A DNA stretch of 64,000 nt from positions 1-64,000 of the forward strand of contig DAOWGI010000005.1 in assembly GCA_030637655.1 (NCBI GenBank). The letters run 5' to 3'. Positions 58,298-64,000 of the stretch are shown piece after piece. Under the pieces are notes generated by a model. It ran no database searches and was not told the origin of the DNA. It saw only the letters and a list, made by a program, of their open reading frames with translations. Each line of letters opens with the position of its first letter. Positions within the stretch are counted from its first letter, which is position 1. The stretch comes from a candidate division FCPU426 bacterium. Lineage in GTDB: Bacteria > Oederibacteriota > JAAXVQ01 > JAUVAV01. The position numbers and the translations under genes were made by a program.

Positions 58298-59215
58298 TCA
58301 ACTCCAAGGACCACTCTTGGCCCAGCTCGTTGGGGTAGGACCAGGGCCGACAGCCGCCTTCATAGGAAGTAGCAGGAAGTCCCTGAGACGCGAAAGCAGT
58401 TCCAGAAATTCAGGCACACCTTCTTCGAGACCGCTCCTGCGAACGAATGCTCTCCACTGGACCGATTTCACTTCGTCGCTGCTGAACTCATCCGTCAGGA
58501 CCAACGGCGGCTCGCTTGGGATGTTGGTCTTGCGTCTCTTGAAGGTCGCTTGTATTGCCCGGACAAGGATATTGCCGTCGAAGGCGAAGTCCCGCGCCAG
58601 CACGTAAAGATCGTAGAAATCCTTCATTCGGCTGTTTGCAATACCCAACATGACCATGGCCTGAAATTTCTCGGCAACTACTGTTTCACGCGGGCAGGCC
58701 CGAATGCTTGGGACCGGGAAATCCAGAAGCGTGGGATAGCTGATCTTCTTGGCCTTGGGTGTGACTACGTCACCAAATCCCACATCGACCTGGATGGGAA
58801 TTCGAGCCTTGCCAAGGAGTGCCGTTAGCGTGACGCGCTGTCCCGGGTATTCCTGTTCTTCACGGATGGGCATGGCATTCACGGTGTTGATATCGAATAT
58901 CAGGCCGTCAGGTTCGACATCAATACCGCACAGGCTGCGGAATACTTCCGTAAGCCGCTCACTGGAATTGTCACCATAGCCAAGAAAGTCCATGTCCATT
59001 GTTGGCCTGTATGACTGTCCCGTCCAAACCATGAACAGCATGGCTCCCTTGAGTATGAAATCCCCGGCATACGAAGAGACGGAAAGGCGGTAGAGGAGCC
59101 TTTCCGTCGCATAACGCGTCCAAACAAAGTTCGGGTCGTCTCCGGTTTCGCGGATTATGTTGAGAAGCCGCTGGCGAACAGATGCCGCGACGTTCGATGG
59201 CTTGTCCTTGGTCAT
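58298..59215 (-). CDS. abiEii: Type IV TA toxin, AbiEii/AbiGii nucleotidyltransferase
   Basis: ASVRQRL, ERLLYRLS, ILKGA, RPTMDMD, AEK and NSRMKDFYD. Confidence 0.92.
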   Translation of the reverse strand: MTKDKPSNVAASVRQRLLNIIRETGDDPNFVWTRYATERLLYRLSVSSYAGDFILKGAMLFMVWTGQSYRPTMDMDFLGYGDNSSERLTEVFRSLCGIDVEPDGLIFDINTVNAMPIREEQEYPGQRVTLTALLGKARIPIQVDVGFGDVVTPKAKKISYPTLLDFPVPSIRACPRETVVAEKFQAMVMLGIANSRMKDFYDLYVLARDFAFDGNILVRAIQATFKRRKTNIPSEPPLVLTDEFSSDEVKSVQWRAFVRRSGLEEGVPEFLELLSRLRDFLLLPMKAAVGPGPTPTSWAKSGPWS

Positions 59216-59820
59216 ACGATTGCTTCCATGTACGGACGCATGGTCTTGGTCACCCGGCAGATCTTAGCATACTTCCATAGCTCATCAGTCGAGCGCTTTC
59301 GGCCACGCAAAAATTCTCTGAGCGCTTCGAGCGCAACGTCAAGCCCGATCTTGTTCCTGTACTTGAAGCAGTCTGCCACGGTCTTGGCGGGGTTGTAGAT
59401 TCTGACCTGTACGCCTTCAATAGTGTGCTCATCGATACCGTCGGTAAGTGCCTTACCAGAGAAACGAACAATCCGTGTTTTGGGGTGCCTCGCTCGCGGA
59501 CGCGCGGCCCTCCGGTTGAGAGCCATCCAGACTTTGTGAGGAGCCTGTGTTCCGATTTCGTGGAAACGAAGGGCGGAGAGCAAGCATATTACCCCCTTGG
59601 GAACAGCCTTTACCGCCTGCGCTAGTCCGTGGTAAGCTGTTACATCGGCATCCGGCAGACTATACAGCCCACGACCATCGCGCACGAGTTTTCCTTTAGC
59701 GCACATCTGCCGCAGGTACTCATGGTGAATCCCGTGTGAACGCACCTCGGCTGTGCTCAAAACACCTGTATTGCGAGCGAGTTCCAGTATCTGCCCTGTC
59801 TTTCCGCCGCTTTTTTTCAT
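59212..59820 (-). CDS. abiEi: Type IV TA antitoxin AbiEi
   Basis: wHTH ending GRGLY, CLLSALRFH and KTVADCFKYRNKIGLDVALEAL. Confidence 0.92.
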   Translation of the reverse strand: MKKSGGKTGQILELARNTGVLSTAEVRSHGIHHEYLRQMCAKGKLVRDGRGLYSLPDADVTAYHGLAQAVKAVPKGVICLLSALRFHEIGTQAPHKVWMALNRRAARPRARHPKTRIVRFSGKALTDGIDEHTIEGVQVRIYNPAKTVADCFKYRNKIGLDVALEALREFLRGRKRSTDELWKYAKICRVTKTMRPYMEAIV

Positions 59821-59827
59821 ATGCGTA

Positions 59828-59855
59828 ATTATATTCATTTTCTAATAAATGTCAA
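59828..59855 (-). promoter_or_regulatory. Consensus sigma70 promoter of abiEi
   Basis: TTGACA(59855-59850)-N16-TATAAT(59833-59828), 7 nt before ATG 59820. Confidence 0.75.
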
Positions 59856-59925
59856 TAGTTTAGCAAAAAGAAATTCGGTGGTGCTGGAGCATTCACTTTG
59901 CGTAACTATTCACACTTTTCCGGCC

Positions 59926-60348
59926 CTAAAATGTTGCACTTCTGCTTACAATTCGCCCTTCATCCAGTTTGGCGATATGCTTTTCAAATTCAAAATGATC
60001 AATGATTTCACGAGCGCGTTTGGAAAAACTCTTAATATAATGGCTGAGATTTTTTGTAATATTGGCAGGCTCACCCTTTAATTTATCAAATGTGAATTTG
60101 CTAATGTTATGGAATGATTGACTAGCAACCCGGTTTAAAACCGGTTCAAGATTCTTTACTTTACTGCTCTTGATGCTTTGGTATTTGGCCAGCACCTTTT
60201 CTTTGGTAGGTTCCAACACACAATCCAAACGCCTTAAAACCGTCATTGGCAGTATAACATCTTTGTATTTTGGTTCGGTCGGTAGGGACCCACGTAATAA
60301 ATCCTCTACCTGCCATATAAAACTAACTTTTTCGTTAAAATTGTTCAT
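59926..60348 (-). pseudogene. hsdM: Truncated type I R-M methyltransferase (HsdM N-terminal domain only)
   Basis: FIW...LLRG, VILPMTVLRRLDCVLEPTK; stops at 140 aa with no catalytic domain. Confidence 0.88.
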
Positions 60349-60352
60349 TAAG

Positions 60353-60590
60353 GTAGGGAACAGGCATGCCTGTTCCCTACGGTCTATTCAAATTTGAGAC
60401 AGCCAGACGGTCACGGATGATGTCGTTTTATACGCGCCAATTATTTGCGGTATCGGTTTTATCTGTAGGGAACGGTCGCGACCGTTCCCTACGAAACAAT
60501 GATCATCCCCGACAATTCGCACGACACCGCTTATTTTGGTTGCTAGAGATTATAAAAGAGCGGCGCGGCGCGATTAATCACGCCCCTATA
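60353..60590. repeat. Three GTAG-type REP palindromes
   Basis: gtagggaacaggcatgcctgttccctac (60353-60380), gtagggaacggtcgcgaccgttccctac (60465-60492), ggcgcgattaatcacgcccctat (about 60567-60590). Confidence 0.85.
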
Positions 60591-60602
60591 ATTAAATATG
60601 TT

Positions 60603-61361
60603 TTACCATGTTGTTCGAAATAAAAGTCCGGCGCCTCCCGGCAACCAGGCTACGGACCATTCACAATCTTCGGATTCAACCAAATATCCCTCATCACCAC
60701 TGATATAAATACTGTTTTCCAAGTAATAAGTTAATACCGTAGCTGCGGACCAGGCCACGAATAAACCACCGGCTTCCCACCAATCACTATTGATGGCTTG
60801 GCCCACACCAGGAACCATAGAGGCCATTCCAGTCCACAAAGCAGCCGTTCGATCACGCTGTTCGCGATAACTGCAATTGGTAGCATGCAGCATGGCATAG
60901 GTCATAATACCATTTCTTAAAACCAAGGCAGAATAATAAAACGGCAGCAGAGATTGATTCTCAGGTTGTCGTTTACGGGTAAATTCCAGTTGACCGACAG
61001 TTCCCCAGGACATCCCGGCAACAAACAAAAGCAACCCCCCTTGCAGATAATCCTCATTGATCATTTGTCCTACCCCGGGAAGCAGCGAGGAGGTCCCGAT
61101 CCAAAACGCATCATTTTCCTTCTCACCGCGCTCCACAGCGGTTATTATGGCTTCCAAGGTCGCATAGCGTTTCAGGAGAAAGATGCTGCTTTCGTGCAAT
61201 TCCCGCAGATTACTCAATTGCATAAACAAAAAGGACTCATGTTGTTGATTTTTCATCCCAGGATACGCAGGTTGATAAGTTTGTTCGGAATTTTGTGCCT
61301 TGACCAGATTGGTACTTAGCAAACTAATCATCAGGATTGATCCTACAAGTCTTAATCGCAT
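60603..61361 (-). CDS. Exported/membrane protein with two S..PGVGQ repeats
   Basis: AAGGAG RBS before MRLRLVG; SSLLPGVGQMIN and ASMVPGVGQAIN. Confidence 0.7.
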   Translation of the reverse strand: MRLRLVGSILMISLLSTNLVKAQNSEQTYQPAYPGMKNQQHESFLFMQLSNLRELHESSIFLLKRYATLEAIITAVERGEKENDAFWIGTSSLLPGVGQMINEDYLQGGLLLFVAGMSWGTVGQLEFTRKRQPENQSLLPFYYSALVLRNGIMTYAMLHATNCSYREQRDRTAALWTGMASMVPGVGQAINSDWWEAGGLFVAWSAATVLTYYLENSIYISGDEGYLVESEDCEWSVAWLPGGAGLLFRTTW

Positions 61362-61371
61362 GATATGCTCC

Positions 61372-62025
61372 TTAAAAAATAATTTCCTTCCGCAAAAACG
61401 GGTTTTGTCGCTTTTCATTTCCGATGCTCGTTTGGGGGCCATGCCCGGGAAATACCAATGTTTCCTCTGGCAGGGATAATAACTGTTTATGAATGCTGTG
61501 TAATATCGTCCGTATGTTCCCCCCCGGTATATCAGTTCTTCCAATGGATTCGCGAAACAAAGTGTCGCCGGAAAAAAGAAAGGATTCAATTCGAATACAA
61601 ACAGATCCTGGAGAGTGGCCCGGAGTCTCAATAACTTCTACCGGCTCTCCTCCCAGCTGCAGCTCAAATCCCTGTTCCAGTACTTGATTCGCGTCCGGCG
61701 AGGTAATTTTTGTTCCAAACGTTTGTGAAAAATTCAAAGCCGGATCCAGTAACATCGGACGATCTTTACCATGAATAAACAATGGCGCCTGGGTCGCTTC
61801 CTGGAAAAATCTGTTACCGGCAATATGATCCGCATGACCATGCGTGTTTATTATGGCTTTTATTTCAAGGTCTTCCGATTGGATGGTTTGCAGGAGTCCC
61901 AGATCCGGAGCGCCCGGATCAATGATAATGGCATGTTTGGAATCGATCTCCCGGAAAAGATAGCAATTGGTTTCCAACCAACCCATTGGAAATACGCGAA
62001 GGATAAAACGATCCTGTTTAGGCAT
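61372..62025 (-). CDS. MBL-fold metallo-hydrolase (glyoxalase II/YcbL-like)
   Basis: THGHADH, TPGHSPG, SGDTLF and PGHG. Confidence 0.93.
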   Translation of the reverse strand: MPKQDRFILRVFPMGWLETNCYLFREIDSKHAIIIDPGAPDLGLLQTIQSEDLEIKAIINTHGHADHIAGNRFFQEATQAPLFIHGKDRPMLLDPALNFSQTFGTKITSPDANQVLEQGFELQLGGEPVEVIETPGHSPGSVCIRIESFLFSGDTLFRESIGRTDIPGGNIRTILHSIHKQLLSLPEETLVFPGHGPQTSIGNEKRQNPFLRKEIIF

Positions 62026-62028
62026 GGA

Positions 62029-62388
62029 TTAGTAATCCCGAATAGCAGCATCAACCGTAACAAAGGCTTGCAAAACATTGTAAAATTCTAAAAGTTTAAA
62101 CACATCTTCCACTTCCGGAATCATGGCTGCCAATTTCAAATCACCGCCATTCTGGCGCAGTTCCCTGAGTTCGCCGATGAAAATACCCCAGCCGGCACTA
62201 CTGATGTAATCCACCTTTTCCAGATCAACGACCACTTTATAATGTTTATTCGTAAGCATATTTTCCAGAGTCCTGCTCAAATGACGCGAGGCATTCGTAT
62301 CCACCAAACCTGCCACATGAATGACTGCTATATCCAAATTTGGACCGACCATGTCCACATGTATAGTCACATTGTCTTTCATAAGCAA
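62029..62388 (-). CDS. STAS-domain anti-sigma factor antagonist
   Basis: VDLEKVDYISSAGWG and GGDLKL. Confidence 0.92.
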   Translation of the reverse strand: MLMKDNVTIHVDMVGPNLDIAVIHVAGLVDTNASRHLSRTLENMLTNKHYKVVVDLEKVDYISSAGWGIFIGELRELRQNGGDLKLAAMIPEVEDVFKLLEFYNVLQAFVTVDAAIRDY

Positions 62389-62393
62389 CCTCC

Positions 62394-62550
62394 TAACCCG
62401 GACAAGCCGGAACCAAAAATATTTGACAGGATTAACCGGATATACGGGATTTTAAATAAATCCTGTCAATTCTGTCAAAAGAAATTATTTGCGTGCTGAT
62501 CGGCGAATAATTTTCTGCCATAAAAAGCACGAATTTGAGAAATAAGTTAC
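62394..62550 (+). repeat. Nonamer-repeat element, empty allele of 45561-45865
   Basis: taacccggacaagccggaacc...gacaggatt repeats...ttttctgccataaaaagcacg...taagttac. Confidence 0.8.
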
Positions 62551-62566
62551 TAATAGCAATATTCTA

Positions 62567-63820
62567 TTACGCGGATATTTTTTCACTTTTTGCTTGGCCC
62601 TTGTTCAATTGTACTAATTGTTTCTGCCAATGTGAATAAGTACTTTTGAATTTTTCATAAACCATGGTATGCTGGCCCACTTCCTGTCGAAATACAGAAA
62701 GCATATTCACCCCTTCAGAAATAAGCGCTTCCAATTTTACCAGCAATTTATCCATTAGCAGGCTGTCCTGATTGGATTCGTTGTTCATTGTAGTAAGCTT
62801 ATTTACAATTTTTTCTATTCCCTTGACCTCACGCACAATATGCATAAAAGTATCACCAGCTGCATAGACGACTTTGATGTTCTCTTCCAATTTATTGGTT
62901 GTGCGCATGGCTGAGATGGCATTATTGGTCCGGATTTCTATCTCTTGAATAAGATTTCCGATCTCTTCACTGGCATTTTTCGAGGATTCCGAGAGTGTAC
63001 GGATTTCAGTGGCCACCACTGAGAAACCTCTGCCGGCATCACCGGCCCGGGCTGCTTCAATCCCGGCATTGAGTGCCAATAGTTCGGTTTTCCGGCTGAT
63101 GTTACTGATCGTTGAGATAAATTGATTCACATGGCGCGACATTTCATTTAAGTCTTCAATGATTTTGGTTGAGGATCCCATGGTATTCTTCAGTTCACTT
63201 ATAGCTCTAATTTCTTTGCCAACACTTTTGATTCCTTCGTGGGCCGTAGCGCTCGTCTCGAAAGCGTTTTTATATATCTCTTTGGTGGATGCTGTCATTC
63301 CCGAGGCTGAATTCACCAAGAAGTGATTGATTTTAATAATTTTCGTAATTTGTTTCAATGACTGAGCCATATTCTCATACAATTGGGTGGTTTTCGATTC
63401 TTTGGTGTTGAAGGCGTCCATTTTATCCATGCGAAGCGCGACGATATTGGCAATTTCTTTCTCCAGCCATTGATTAGAAGAAGCAACCTCATTTTTCAAT
63501 CGAGTAATGGTTTCGTTTACCATATGTAATTCAATCTGCAATGATACTTGCATCTCGTCCCCATCAGGTCCCTTAAAGTTTTGTTGGGAAGCAGATCTTT
63601 TTATAAGATAAGCTATTTCACCAAGTGATTTATTATAAACAACATATAAATATATGTATACAAAAAGTGCTGCCATGGAGCCGGCCGGTATAATCGCCAA
63701 CCAGATCTGCCGAAAAGTACCGGATACAATTGCTATAGTAAATCCTGTCATCACAGCAGAAAAAAACACCACTGCAGCCGGTCCCCAAAGTTTATTACTC
63801 GTCATCGGTAGTGGTTTCAT
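62567..63820 (-). CDS. Methyl-accepting chemotaxis protein
   Basis: Two TM segments; TELLALNAGIEAARAGDAGRGFSVVATEIR hairpin. Confidence 0.93.
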   Translation of the reverse strand: MKPLPMTSNKLWGPAAVVFFSAVMTGFTIAIVSGTFRQIWLAIIPAGSMAALFVYIYLYVVYNKSLGEIAYLIKRSASQQNFKGPDGDEMQVSLQIELHMVNETITRLKNEVASSNQWLEKEIANIVALRMDKMDAFNTKESKTTQLYENMAQSLKQITKIIKINHFLVNSASGMTASTKEIYKNAFETSATAHEGIKSVGKEIRAISELKNTMGSSTKIIEDLNEMSRHVNQFISTISNISRKTELLALNAGIEAARAGDAGRGFSVVATEIRTLSESSKNASEEIGNLIQEIEIRTNNAISAMRTTNKLEENIKVVYAAGDTFMHIVREVKGIEKIVNKLTTMNNESNQDSLLMDKLLVKLEALISEGVNMLSVFRQEVGQHTMVYEKFKSTYSHWQKQLVQLNKGQAKSEKISA

Positions 63821-63882
63821 TATGGATTTGAGTTTACCATATTCTGAATATGAAAACTGCTGGAAAATTATGCTCTATAAGG

Positions 63883-64000
63883 TTAATTTTTATTAAGCGA
63901 TAGCTCTGCCAACCCCGGAAAGGGCGATAGTATTCTGGGTAACACACCCAATGATTTGGCGATCACTAAACCATAATTGGAAATCGGCACTTGTGCCTCC
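63883..64000 (-). CDS. hydF: [FeFe]-hydrogenase maturation GTPase HydF, 3' end only
   Basis: Manual translation EAQVPISNYGLVIAKSLGVLPRILSPFP matches the HydF VPxxNYG...R.L.PF terminus. Confidence 0.75.
   Translation of the reverse strand, partial: EAQVPISNYGLVIAKSLGVLPRILSPFPGLAELSLNKN

Noticed and set aside
61362-61631. Long N-terminal extensions in the ORF track (also 5415-5675, 10872-11099 and 50507-50626)
   Set aside because: They overlap neighbouring genes or promoters; downstream starts have clear RBSs

Overview
Chromosomal window from a diderm, probably anaerobic bacterium. The anaerobe call rests on a hydF 3' end, a ferredoxin:disulfide reductase-glutaredoxin pair and GTP-PEPCK. Outer-membrane barrels, a PorV-like protein and T9SS-CTD-like Thr/Pro-rich proteins suggest an uncultured lineage such as FCPU426 or a relative; this is inference only. 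A good XerC/D dif site at 22740-22767, where gene orientation flips, places the window at the replication terminus. Most genes are housekeeping: nfeD-floA, glnS, yebC, psd-pssA-thrS-argJ, pckG, sppA, frameshifted prfB, an ECF sigma/anti-sigma pair, rnd, malQ, pheT-zapB-zapA, miaA-mutL and ridA. There is also a small decayed defence mosaic (hsdM fragment, AbiE pair, HEPN-motif protein) and four stand-alone PilZ genes. The most unusual signal is non-coding: a layered set of small palindromic elements. These are GTAG-REPs (two in-frame inside mutL and one forming the thrS C-terminus), five copies of a MITE with or without a 38-bp insert, GTAAC/GTTAC-ended elements with interchangeable tandem-repeat interiors, and a 140-bp IS200/IS605-like element whose empty target site is also in the window. 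No transposase, CRISPR array, tRNA or rRNA gene was recognised. All calls come from reading motifs by eye; no searches were run.
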